From an uncultured delta proteobacterium (GTDB taxonomy: Bacteria > Desulfobacterota > Desulfomonilia > Desulfomonilales > Desulfomonilaceae): a DNA stretch of 64,000 bases. The stretch lies in contig CAWBKB010000004.1 of the NCBI GenBank assembly GCA_963789265.1, positions 128,001 to 192,000 of the forward strand, read 5' to 3'. Within the stretch, counting starts at the first letter, position 1. Each line of letters starts with the position of its first letter. Shown here one piece after another: positions 31,585 through 41,336 of this stretch. A program made the translations under genes and the position numbers. The notes under the pieces were generated by a model. It ran no database searches, was not told the origin of the DNA, and worked only from the letters and a program-made list of their open reading frames with translations.

Positions 31585-31800
31585 TAATTCCAATTGGTGT
31601 TCAAGCAAGTGAAACCGCTCTGGTAGGGGCGGGTTTCAAAATCGCCCCTACATGTCGTCATGCCCGTGGACGCGGACATCCATTGTAGGGGCACCTCTCG
31701 TGGGTGCCCGCAGGAGGGCAGACACAATCCCGCGTCGCGTGGGACTGCTCCACCATATCCTGTCTGGGATTGTAACTTGTTTGACGGCGAATTGGTGTCA
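31585..31800 (-). repeat. MITE-like composite repeat, diverged copy in inverse orientation
   Basis: Reverse complement of the right end (CACCAATTCGCCGTCAAACAAGTTACAATCCCAGACAGGATATGGTGG) matches the start of copy 1. Internal REP-like GTAGGGGCGGGTTTCAAAATCGCCCCTAC. Confidence 0.7.
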
Positions 31801-31977
31801 GCTCATAAACTGGCTTACCTGGCCGACTCGACCTTGCTTGTCAAGCCGTCGGCAGACTGGTAACCTGAAAGTACGCGCCTACCCAGGCTGTCTCCACAGT
31901 ACGCCCGTGAGGATTGGTCTGTGAATCGATCCCCGCATTCCCGGCACTACCCGAGCAAACCGTGAAAGGAGCCAAGA

Positions 31978-33135
31978 TTGCCACAAGACGATTCACTTCT
32001 TAAATTTGAGGTGCCTGAGATCATCTATGGTCTTGGGGCATTGTGCCAAATAGGTGAGTGCGCCAAACGGCTGGGCGGCGAAAGAGTGATGTTGGTCACC
32101 GATCCGGGAATCGTCGAAGCAGGCTGGGTGGATGAGACGATCAAGCATCTTGAACAAGAGGACTTGAAATACGTTCTGTACGATAATGTGGTCACAAATC
32201 CTCGAGATTTTCAGGTGGTGGAAGGCGCTCAGGAGTATGTCCAGAAAAAGTGTGACGTGATCGTGGCAGTCGGCGGGGGCAGCCCTATCGACACGGCAAA
32301 GGGCATAGCCATCCTAGTGTCAAACCACGGCAGCATTCAAGAATACGAAGGTTGCAATCGGATTGTTCAACCGCTTCCTCCCATGGTCTGTTCACCGACC
32401 ACCGCGGGAACAGGTGCCGACGTGACACAATTTGCCATAATTACCGACACGGATCGAAAAATGAAAATGACAATCCTAAGCAGAGCTATCATGCCCGATA
32501 TTTCGCTGATAGATCCGCGATTGCTCCAGACCAAGTCTCCGGAACTCATGGCCGCCACAGGTATGGATGCGCTGACTCATGCCCTTGAGGCCTATGTATC
32601 CTCGCTGTCATGGTCTATGACCGATCCTCATGCAATTCACGCGGTGGAATTGATTGCCGAACATCTTGTAGCTGCTGTAAAATACAAACGAATCGAAGCG
32701 CTCGAAGGAATGTCCATTGCCTGCCTCGAGGCGGGTATAGCATTTTCCAATGCTATCCTGGGCGCGGTGCATGCGTTGGCCCATCCGGTGGGAGGTTTTT
32801 ACGATGTACACCACGGCGTTGCAAATGTGGTGCTTCTGCCGGCTGTGGTACCAAAGAACCTCGAATATTCCAATGAAAAGTACGCGTGAGTCGCGGCGGC
32901 CATGGGAGCGCAAACCAATGGAATGGCCGTAACCGACGCTGCCATCAGCGTCCTTGAACGCATTGATAAATTGATTGCCGAACTCGAGCTACCTACCAAG
33001 CTTTCTTCGCTTGGCGTGAATCAGGACGACATCCCGCGGATGGCGGCTCTTGCCGAGCAGGACATCTGCATGTTAACCAATCCGTGCTACTACTCGATTG
33101 CGGAAATCGAGGAGCTATACCGGGAAGCCTGGTAA
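31978..33135 (+). CDS. Iron-containing alcohol dehydrogenase (ErcA-like), interrupted by an in-frame TGA at 32887-32889
   Basis: Motifs GGGSPID, PTTAGTG, GMDALTHA, HALAH and HHG. The ORF continues in the same frame (VAAAMG...NP...IEELYREAW). Confidence 0.85.
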
Positions 33136-33144
33136 GGACGTCAC

Positions 33145-34341
33145 ATGTCAAAAGCAAGTACACCTGCTGACTACGATTTTAAAGGGATCGGTTTTTCGAA
33201 AATAGGGTACTTCAAGGAAGTTCGCTCCAAGATAAGGGAACTTGAAGACCTCAATATAGAACTTGCGCGGCGTCACAACAAGCTCGAAGCAATCATTAAC
33301 GGCATGAGCAGTGGATTGGTAATCTTGGACCGAAACCTGAACATTATCTTTGCAAACAAGGTCCAGGTGTCCATGTTCCCCGGTGTCCCGCTGATCGATC
33401 AGGAGTGCTATAAGGCTCTGTACGGGAAGAAAAAGAGATGCAAGGATTGCCCGGCCCTAAAAACACTGGAAACTCACGAAACTTACAGAGGTGAAATCCT
33501 GATCAAGGAAGGCGGATTTGCAGGTCGGTACTATGAATGGACTACTTCACCCATAAAGAATCCATTCGGTGAGGTATCCGAAATTGTCCTGCTCATGCGT
33601 GACATAACCCGGCGCAAGGAGTACGAATTCAAGCTATTGCAAGCCGACCGCATGGCGGCAGTAGGCTTGCTTGCCGCAGGAATCGCGCACGAGATCAACA
33701 ACCCCTTGACATCCATCGCGGGATTTTCGGAAGGATTGCTTAAGAGGCTCAAGGAATTCAAGGGGCCGGTAGACCGCAAGCAATTGGCGATGTTTAAAGA
33801 GTACCTTGAAATCATTTTTAAAGATGCTTACAGATGCAAAGATATCATCCAAAACCTGCTTGAATACAGCAAAAAGTCGACTGATGATACGGAGATTCTG
33901 GACATTGACCAAATTGTCAGCGACACTGCATCTCTCATTCGGCAACATGCTAAAGACAACAAGATCAGAATAGTTGTCAAGAATAGCTTGGCTACCGGAT
34001 TCAATCGAATCGTCGGGAACGAATCACAGCTCAAACACTTATTTCTGAATCTCTTTAATAATGCTTTTAAAGCTATGGAAGGCGGCGGGCAACTCAGCAC
34101 GCTGGCCAAAAATTCCGGCAATCTCATAGAAATCACCATATCTTACCATGGGCGTGCTGTAGCGCGGGCAAAGGACCGGTCTCAAGATCGTTTGTGTGAA
34201 AACGTAGCCGAGAGGGACGAGCGTATGGACCTCTCGATCTGCTACAGTATCATGCGCCATCATGGCGGCGAATTGAGATTGGAGGACTCGGCTGGAGGAG
34301 CGCGCAAATTCGTTTTGCAATTTCCTTCCATAATGACTTAG
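33145..34341 (+). CDS. PAS-domain sensor histidine kinase with a degenerate ATP-binding lid
   Basis: H-box IAHEINNPL and N-box NLFNNA are present; G1/F/G2 boxes are not recognisable. Confidence 0.85.
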   Translation: MSKASTPADYDFKGIGFSKIGYFKEVRSKIRELEDLNIELARRHNKLEAIINGMSSGLVILDRNLNIIFANKVQVSMFPGVPLIDQECYKALYGKKKRCKDCPALKTLETHETYRGEILIKEGGFAGRYYEWTTSPIKNPFGEVSEIVLLMRDITRRKEYEFKLLQADRMAAVGLLAAGIAHEINNPLTSIAGFSEGLLKRLKEFKGPVDRKQLAMFKEYLEIIFKDAYRCKDIIQNLLEYSKKSTDDTEILDIDQIVSDTASLIRQHAKDNKIRIVVKNSLATGFNRIVGNESQLKHLFLNLFNNAFKAMEGGGQLSTLAKNSGNLIEITISYHGRAVARAKDRSQDRLCENVAERDERMDLSICYSIMRHHGGELRLEDSAGGARKFVLQFPSIMT

Positions 34342-34639
34342 AATTAAACATTTGACCGGTAATTTCATCTGAATTCAACTGCCTGCTTGATTTTTTCGGA
34401 GGAGTTGACTAAGCTTGGTTAGTCTGAGTGCCAGTTTGTTCCTTCCCGCATTCTTGAATTGTGATGTAAGGTGGCCCAAAATCGCCTTTTGACTGTCGTC
34501 GCGTTGAAGACTGTCAGGTAGGCAAGACATCAGGTCCCACAACTCGGCGGATGACTACTCCAAGACGACGATGTCATCGGCCTGCATCCACTCCCGCTTC
34601 TCTGGATAGCTCGCTGACCGGGAAAAAGGACTCAGTGAC

Positions 34640-35977
34640 ATGAGTCACGCCAAAATCCTCGCCATTGACGACGAAAAAAATATCAGACACTTGATCAAGA
34701 ACGAGCTCACACTTGAGGGCCTCGATGTCTCTACGGCCAAAAGCGGCGAGGAGGGCCTCAAACTTTTCAAGGATAAGAGCTTTGATGTCGTGCTCCTTGA
34801 CATAAGGCTCCCCAAGATGAATGGCCTCGAAGTGCTGAGGAATCTGAAACAAAAATCTCCCCGCACTGAAGTCATTATGATCACCGGTTACGGAGACATA
34901 CAAACTGCCGTACAATCCATGAAACTGGGCGCCCGAGACTACATCACCAAGCCTTTCAAGTTGAGCGAGCTATTGGCCATGGTTAATGAAATCGTGGCTG
35001 AAAACGGGAGATATAAGGACCTGCGGACGCAGCATCCGGCCAATCCGGCCGATGGTGCGCCCAGCTTTGTCGGATGCCCCAGCGAAGAAATGCAAGAGGT
35101 CTATGACCTGGCCGATAGGGTGGCCGATACGGACGTGACCGTGCTGATCCAGGGCGAGACTGGAGTGGGAAAGGACGTGCTTGCGGTCCGGATCCATCTC
35201 AACAGCAGTAGAAAGGCCAATTCTTTTGTTGTAGTTGATTGCGGATTGCTCACTCAAAATCTGGCCGAGAGTGAACTATACGGGCACACTAAGGGTGCTT
35301 TTTCCGGCGCGTCTGAAACGAAACAGGGCCTGGTGGAAAAAAGCCATGAAGGCACAATATTCTTCGACGAAATCGGAAATATCGAGCTGGACATGCAAAA
35401 GAAATTTCTCCGGTTTCTCGAGACGAAAAAGTTCCGCCGCCTGGGCGAGACCAAGGAAAGGCAGGTTGACAGCCGAATAATCCTGGCGACCAATCTGGAT
35501 CTAAATGATGCGGCACAAAAGGGGATTATGCGGCGAGACTTGTTTTACCGTATGGATGTAATCTGCATTCGGGTACCTCCTCTCAGGAATCGGGCCGAAG
35601 ACATTGCGCCGCTAGCCCGGCATTTCCTTGGACTGAACCGCGGCAAGCAGCAGCCCAGGGAAATTTCTCCCGAAGCCTTGATGGCACTCGCCGAGTACAC
35701 CTGGCCCGGCAATATCAGAGAGTTGAGATCCGTAATTACCAAGGCTACGATATTCTCCAAGTCCGACGTGATTACGCCTGAAGACCTGCCCGCGCACATC
35801 CTGACGGACAAAAAACCTCTGCTATCACCACCCAAGAGTCTGGAAGATCTCGAAAAGGATCACATTGTGAAGGTCCTCGAGGATACGGGCGGTAACCAGA
35901 GCAAAGCCGCGGACATTCTGGGTATCAACCGCAAGACTCTGTACAAGAAGATGCATAAGTACCAACTTTTTGTCTAA
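34640..35977 (+). CDS. NtrC-family sigma54-dependent response regulator
   Basis: Receiver domain (IDDE, LLD, KP), GETGVGKD, GAFSGA, WPGNIREL and a Fis-type HTH. Confidence 0.95.
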   Translation: MSHAKILAIDDEKNIRHLIKNELTLEGLDVSTAKSGEEGLKLFKDKSFDVVLLDIRLPKMNGLEVLRNLKQKSPRTEVIMITGYGDIQTAVQSMKLGARDYITKPFKLSELLAMVNEIVAENGRYKDLRTQHPANPADGAPSFVGCPSEEMQEVYDLADRVADTDVTVLIQGETGVGKDVLAVRIHLNSSRKANSFVVVDCGLLTQNLAESELYGHTKGAFSGASETKQGLVEKSHEGTIFFDEIGNIELDMQKKFLRFLETKKFRRLGETKERQVDSRIILATNLDLNDAAQKGIMRRDLFYRMDVICIRVPPLRNRAEDIAPLARHFLGLNRGKQQPREISPEALMALAEYTWPGNIRELRSVITKATIFSKSDVITPEDLPAHILTDKKPLLSPPKSLEDLEKDHIVKVLEDTGGNQSKAADILGINRKTLYKKMHKYQLFV

Positions 35978-36197
35978 TGTACACAAGCCGACCTTCTTGT
36001 GGCCTTATGTCCCTTTAGGCCCCACCACTCATCGACAAGCTTAACTCATCGTTAAATCACCTGGTTATGACTTTGACCCGCTTATGAACTGGGGTGACCT
36101 TGCCGTTTGGATGAATGTAAAGGCACTCCGATGAAGAACCCATTTGGAACCTCCGACTCACTCTAATTCGCATTCAAAAATTGTGAGAAAATCCCTC

Positions 36198-36391
36198 TAA
36201 TACCAGTGCGCTATCAAACAAGTGACAATCCCCGAGAGGATGTGGTGGGGCAGGCATCCTGCCTACCATTCGTCACCCCGGACTTCGATCCGGGGTCCAG
36301 TCTGGATGCCCGCGTACGCGGGCATGACGACTGGCAAGATGCCTGTCCCACTAAAAACACGGTGTCACTTGTTTGCAAGCGAATCAGTATA
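36198..36391 (+). repeat. MITE-like composite repeat, copy 2
   Basis: Near-identical termini and core to 28121-28393, with only one internal CTGGATGCCCGCGTACGCGGGCATGACGAC unit. Confidence 0.8.
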
Positions 36392-36551
36392 ACCCCCCTT
36401 TAGTAAAGGGGGAAGGGGGGATTATGAATGTGATTTGGCATTACTGGCTCGGTTCTTAGCCTCTATGTGACGGTCATCAGTGATGGGGTATTATTGTATC
36501 GGCATTTGCCCCGACGCCTCAAATTCCCACAAATTGGCTAGTATTTCAGTT

Positions 36552-36568
36552 CAGGCATGGACCTTGCA
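36552..36568 (+). promoter_or_regulatory. Candidate sigma54 (-24/-12) promoter for the DUF362-mft-lar cluster
   Basis: CAGGCATGGACCTTGCA has GG-N10-GC spacing with TTGCA; the adjacent gene encodes a sigma54 activator. Confidence 0.55.
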
Positions 36569-36875
36569 TACCCTCACGCGCGGCCGACCACGAACGGAAA
36601 TTCTCAACCTCGAATAAATCGGCGTGAAAATCAGGGAACTGGTCGAGACAAGGTAGTCGGATGGATTCTTGGCCTGGACCGGCGCTTCCAAATGTGGCTG
36701 GCAGTCCGCGGAATCATAAGGCGAAAGGAGGCTGGTACGAATAGCTCCCGGTCGTAGGAGAAGCTTTGAGGAACAAGAAGCAGTCTCTCGGGCATCGGCT
36801 TGGAGTCGTATTCCGATTCCAAGCAGTTGCTTGCTCGAAACCATTACCCTCACAACCAATTAGAGGAGGAGTATC

Positions 36876-38234
36876 ATGCCGGAAAAGGTCTCTAAGGTCT
36901 GGTACGCTGCTGCCGGTGCCACAAACTGGACTGAGAGTACTATCTGTAAAGCCAAAGACCTGTTCTACATGGCCGGTCTCGATAAATGCATTGCGAAAGA
37001 CGACAGCGTTGCCGTCAAAATCCACTGCGGCGAGTGGAACCGAACCGCTTGTTTGAGGCCGGAGTTCGTGGCCGCCATCGTAGAAGAGGTCAAGGCCTGT
37101 GGCGGAAAACCATTTGTTACTGACACCACTACCCTTACGTATCATCTCTACAACAATCGTTGCACAGGCCAGATGGAGACAGAGGGCGCCAATCGTCACG
37201 GCCTTAACTGGGCGAGCCTCCAGGCTCCATTCATAATTTCGGACGGCTTCTTCGGGGAAGACGATCTGAGGGTAGAGCTTCCTGAAGGGAACATCCTTAA
37301 GGAAACCTACATCGGCCGAGGCATTTATGAAGCTGACGCTTGCATCAATCTGGCTCATGCAAAAGGTCACCCCATAACTGCGTATGGAGGATGCATCAAG
37401 AATTTCGGTATCGGTGCTCAATCCAAGCGCGGCAAGTACCAGACACACCTCGCCTTCTGGGGCGATCCCGAAGACGCGATCGGTTATCCGAAGGTCAACA
37501 AGGAAGGCTGCAGAGGAAAAGAGTGTCCGTATGCAAAAATGTGTGAGGATAGCTGTCCCGAAGAGGCCATCAAGGTCAAACCTGACGGGGTAGAACTCGA
37601 TTATTCCAAGTGCGCTCTTTGTTACTCCTGCCAGGTGACCTGTATGTTCACAGGCATGGAAGGAATTGGCTTCCGGGATGACTATTTCCCGTTGGCGCAG
37701 ATCGCCATGTCCGACGCTGCACTGGGCTGCGTGAAAACATTCAAGCCCGGCAAGATAGGCTACATGGCTTATGCGGTTGATATGTCCCCGGAATGCGACT
37801 GCTTCCCCTGGGCAGGCCTTCCTGTAGCAACAGATGTCGGTGTTTTTGCATCTAACGACCCTGTGGCTATTGACACCGCAATCTGCGACTTACTCGACAA
37901 AGCGCCCATCTACCCGGGCGGCAGATCCGAGGAGCTGGGTTTGAAGCCCGGAGAAGACAAGCTGAAGGCCGTCAACGCCTTTACGCCCAGGATCCAGCTC
38001 AAGGCCGGCGAGAAAATAGGCATGGGGACCATGAATTATGAATTGGTCACCTATGAGCCCGAACTCAATCCGGAAAATATTGCCAAGTGGCAGATCCGAA
38101 AAGTGCCCATGACGGTTAATCCTATGCGTCAAGTCTTCAAGCACCATCACCTTGGCAGAGAATTCCCGTTCGGCCGACACGGCGATGCCAAGACGTGGAT
38201 CGGCAAATGGAAAGGCTTCGATCCCACTGCCTAG
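36876..38234 (+). CDS. DUF362 domain protein with inserted 4Fe-4S ferredoxin domain (paralogue 1)
   Basis: Motifs VAVKIHCGE, DTTTL, HAKGH...GGCIKN, CEDSCP, CALCYSCQVTC, PECDC and ASNDPVAID; GAGGAGG RBS. Confidence 0.9.
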   Translation: MPEKVSKVWYAAAGATNWTESTICKAKDLFYMAGLDKCIAKDDSVAVKIHCGEWNRTACLRPEFVAAIVEEVKACGGKPFVTDTTTLTYHLYNNRCTGQMETEGANRHGLNWASLQAPFIISDGFFGEDDLRVELPEGNILKETYIGRGIYEADACINLAHAKGHPITAYGGCIKNFGIGAQSKRGKYQTHLAFWGDPEDAIGYPKVNKEGCRGKECPYAKMCEDSCPEEAIKVKPDGVELDYSKCALCYSCQVTCMFTGMEGIGFRDDYFPLAQIAMSDAALGCVKTFKPGKIGYMAYAVDMSPECDCFPWAGLPVATDVGVFASNDPVAIDTAICDLLDKAPIYPGGRSEELGLKPGEDKLKAVNAFTPRIQLKAGEKIGMGTMNYELVTYEPELNPENIAKWQIRKVPMTVNPMRQVFKHHHLGREFPFGRHGDAKTWIGKWKGFDPTA

Positions 38235-38264
38235 CACGTCTTGTGAATCAGCATAAGGTTTCGT

Positions 38265-38300
38265 TGGGGCGGGCCTTGGATCATCCGCCCCACATTTTCT
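38265..38300 (+). terminator. Intra-operon hairpin or weak terminator
   Basis: TGGGGCGG ... CCGCCCCA followed by CATTTTCT. Confidence 0.5.
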
Positions 38301-38480
38301 CAAAAGCCGCCCGGAAGCATTCTCTGGAGACTTTCAAAATGCCGGGGGACTGAATCCGGTCGTTATGAATCACTGAGGCAAGTAAGAGCCGCAGGGAGTG
38401 CATTTGCCGTATTGGACAAGCACATTTTCAAGCAAAATCAGAGCCTTTTGGAGAGGCAACAAACCTTAACTAGGGTGACC

Positions 38481-39594
38481 ATGTCCAACGTCTATTGGAT
38501 CAAGGGCCGTTCGGCAGGCATTTATCAGAGCATCATTGCAAAAATGACGGGACTGCTTAGTACCCGAAGAGTTGACCGGGCTGATGGTGCCGGGAGAAAG
38601 CCTTGCCTTAAAGATAAATATGAGTGAACTCGGCTACGCACATTATCTGCCGCCCGTAGTCGTCACCACCCTTTTTGAAAAAGCAAGGGGCTTGGGCGCT
38701 AAACCGGTTGTGACCGACAGTTGTAGTCTGTTTAAAGGTTCCCGCTTCAGCGGTTACGATTGGATAAACAGCGCTCTTACACTTGGCTACAGTACTGGTG
38801 AGACATTTGACAATCAGATGATGCTTGCTGGAGGGTACACGAATGAAGAAGGCAGATTCTACCCCTCCGAAGGCAGGCATCTTGGCGGCGTCGAACTTGG
38901 CAGTCTTCTTACAGACACGGGAAACGTGGTCGTAATTTCCCATGTCACAGCTCATCCGCTCCTGGGACTCAGCGGAGCCGTCTACGACTTTGGTGTAGGC
39001 ATGCTGACGACCTCGGGCAAGCTCAGGGTTCATTCGTGCCTGGAGATAATTTTCGATCAAAGCAAGTGTGACAATTGTGAGGCATGCTTGTCTTTCTGTC
39101 CTACTGGAGCCATATCCAGCGGCTCACCTACCATCGTTTATGACCGCGAGATTTGCAACAACTGCCTTGGATGCTTTCTTGCCTGTCCGAACGGCGCCAT
39201 GAGCATCAAGCCGGAAGGAATTCCTATATTTCAAGAAAGTGTAGTCGAATCCGCTCGCACCGCAATGGACAACCTGCGGGGTGCGGCTTTTTTCATAAAT
39301 TTCCTGAGTTCCGTGACTCCGCAGACGAACGACCATCCTTTCTCCGACATACCGTTCATCCCCGATCTAGGCATACTGGCATCGGAAGATCCGGTAGCCG
39401 TCGATTGGGCAACTTATCAGATGATTACCAGCAGTCCCGGTGTGCCCGGTTCGATAGTCGAACAATTGGGTGTATTGGGCAAAGGTCAGGACAAAATCAA
39501 GGCTATTACAGGAATCGACCCTGAGCATTGGATCGAATACGCGGAACAGATGAAACTCGGGAGCCGGGCTTGTGAGTTCCTATCAAACGCCTGA
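38481..39594 (+). CDS. DUF362 / 2x4Fe-4S protein (paralogue 2, degenerate motifs), with a +1 frameshift near 38564
   Basis: MSNVYWIK...LLST joins EELTGLMVPGESLALKINMSE if one C is removed. Motifs CDNCEACLSFCP, CNNCLGCFLACP and ASEDPVAVD. Confidence 0.85.
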
Positions 39595-39644
39595 GTCGTT
39601 TGGTGAGGGCTCCGATATTTTTCGCTCAAAAGGAGGCGGCATCA

Positions 39645-40544
39645 ATGTCCACCGACCGCAGCATGGCGGAAATGCACAAAATGCACGGACCCATCAATCA
39701 GGCCATGGCCCACGTGAATTATAAGCTGGCCGTGATCAGCGGAAAAGGGGGAGTGGGAAAGACCAGCGTGGTAGTCAACCTCGCTGCCGCCTTAAAGAAA
39801 AAGGACATGGAGGTTGGGATTTTTGATGCGGACGTTCACGGCCCTAGCGTGCCCAAAATGGTGGGTATCAAAACCAAAATGAGGGACCTGCTTCACGGAA
39901 GCCACGGCATCGACCCTGTTTCCACAGATCACGGATTAAAGGTCATGTCCGTAGCGCTCATCTGGCCGACCGATATGACGCCCATTATGTGGCGCGGCCA
40001 GTACAAAGCCCGCGTGCTCAGGCAGTTCCTAAGCTCCATCAAATGGCATGAACTTGATTTCCTGCTCGTGGATCTTCCACCCGGTACGGGTGATGAGCCC
40101 ATCACGATTATGAAATCAATACCAAGTCTGGACGGTCTGATTGTCGTCACCACACCTCAGGAGATCTCCACCATCGTATGTAGCAAGGCCATCAATGCGG
40201 CCAAGGAACTCAACACCCCCATTATCGGCCTCATTGAGAACATGAACTCCTATCGTTGCCCCGGCTGCGGGCGGGAAGAATTCCTCTTCGGGAGAGAAAA
40301 AGGGGAGAAGCTGGCCAATACCTTCAAGATTCCGTTCCTCGGGGGCATACCTCTGGATGGGCAATATTCGGATGCCGCGGACCAAGGGATCCCTATCGTT
40401 TTTAAGCACCCGGATTCTCTAACTTCTCAGGCCATGTTGAAAATTGCAGATGAGATTGTCAGAAGATTGCCTCCCAGGCCAAAAGCGGTTGTAAAAGAGC
40501 ATGCCTGGGAAGAGGGCAGGGAACACAAACGAAAAACTCATTAG
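39645..40544 (+). CDS. mrp: Mrp/NBP35 (ApbC) P-loop ATPase, Fe-S carrier
   Basis: Motifs SGKGGVGKT, DADVHGPS, DLPPGTGD and ENM...CPGC; His-containing termini. Confidence 0.92.
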   Translation: MSTDRSMAEMHKMHGPINQAMAHVNYKLAVISGKGGVGKTSVVVNLAAALKKKDMEVGIFDADVHGPSVPKMVGIKTKMRDLLHGSHGIDPVSTDHGLKVMSVALIWPTDMTPIMWRGQYKARVLRQFLSSIKWHELDFLLVDLPPGTGDEPITIMKSIPSLDGLIVVTTPQEISTIVCSKAINAAKELNTPIIGLIENMNSYRCPGCGREEFLFGREKGEKLANTFKIPFLGGIPLDGQYSDAADQGIPIVFKHPDSLTSQAMLKIADEIVRRLPPRPKAVVKEHAWEEGREHKRKTH

Positions 40545-40649
40545 CAGATCCCACGCGGAATTTTGACAACGCGCACGGCGGGATCCAAATCCATGCGGCG
40601 CCGAAGCGAAATCCGCGATTGAAGATAACAACGCAGGAAGGAGTTTGAG

Positions 40650-41009
40650 ATGGCAGATCAACAAAAAATCGATGTCACCGGGAAAGGTCCCGCCTTCATG
40701 AGAGAAGCCCTGGAGTTGTTCAGACAGATTGACGGACAGTGTGCTGCTTTGTCCCCGGATGCTGCCGTGAAAATCAAGGCAACTCTTTCAACCAAGGCAC
40801 ATGAAATTGAGCCTCTGCTGAGCCGAGCGTACATGAAAACAGTCAAGGCGGGAGAGACTGCTCTTGGCTGTAAGCAACTTGCAACCGACTTGAAATCGTC
40901 CATAGACACCGGTGATGAGGCTAAGGCATTGGAAGCCTTGGATAACCTTGGGACGCAACTCGATGGGCTCGTCCACAAAGTCAAAACTTTTGTGGTGAGA
41001 ATGACGTGA
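40650..41009 (+). CDS. Hypothetical helical protein
   Basis: AAGGAG RBS; lies within the operon. Confidence 0.75.
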   Translation: MADQQKIDVTGKGPAFMREALELFRQIDGQCAALSPDAAVKIKATLSTKAHEIEPLLSRAYMKTVKAGETALGCKQLATDLKSSIDTGDEAKALEALDNLGTQLDGLVHKVKTFVVRMT

Positions 41010-41025
41010 TGTAGGAGGGGTAGTT

Positions 41026-41328
41026 TTGGCGGGAAAGCTGAGCGACGATCTTTTGGCCGTCATGAGGATCATTCAGGATAAGGGCGGCACGCACTGTTCG
41101 GGATCCTGCCATCATCGGAAACCTGGTGAATTCCACTGTCACTTGATCGGGCAGGAACTGAAGATGTCGTCGTCAGGTGTAAAAGATCGAATTCTTGCTC
41201 TGCTTCGGATGGGCCTGCTGAAACGCGAGAGAGTGGGCGGGCAAGAAGCATACCCCACCACGATGTTCACCATTTCGGCAAAGGGGGAAATGGTGCTGAC
41301 TCAGATCAGCGATGGCGACAAGAAATAG
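41026..41328 (+). CDS. Small winged-helix protein with a Cys/His-rich insert
   Basis: HCSGSCHHRKPGEFHCH followed by a wHTH-like segment; AGGAGG RBS. Confidence 0.7.
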   Translation: MAGKLSDDLLAVMRIIQDKGGTHCSGSCHHRKPGEFHCHLIGQELKMSSSGVKDRILALLRMGLLKRERVGGQEAYPTTMFTISAKGEMVLTQISDGDKK

Positions 41329-41336
41329 AGGTCCTT

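Noticed and set aside
36570..36875. Riboswitch in the long leader of the DUF362 gene
   Set aside because: I could not recognise any known aptamer consensus by eye; an Rfam/Infernal scan is needed.
9955..38570. Five frameshifts (~9960, ~26876, ~27033, ~30268, ~38564) as programmed frameshifting or true pseudogenes
   Set aside because: All are single-base insertions, three in short homopolymers, in otherwise intact genes with no slippery heptamer. Sequencing or assembly error is the simplest explanation; raw reads would decide.
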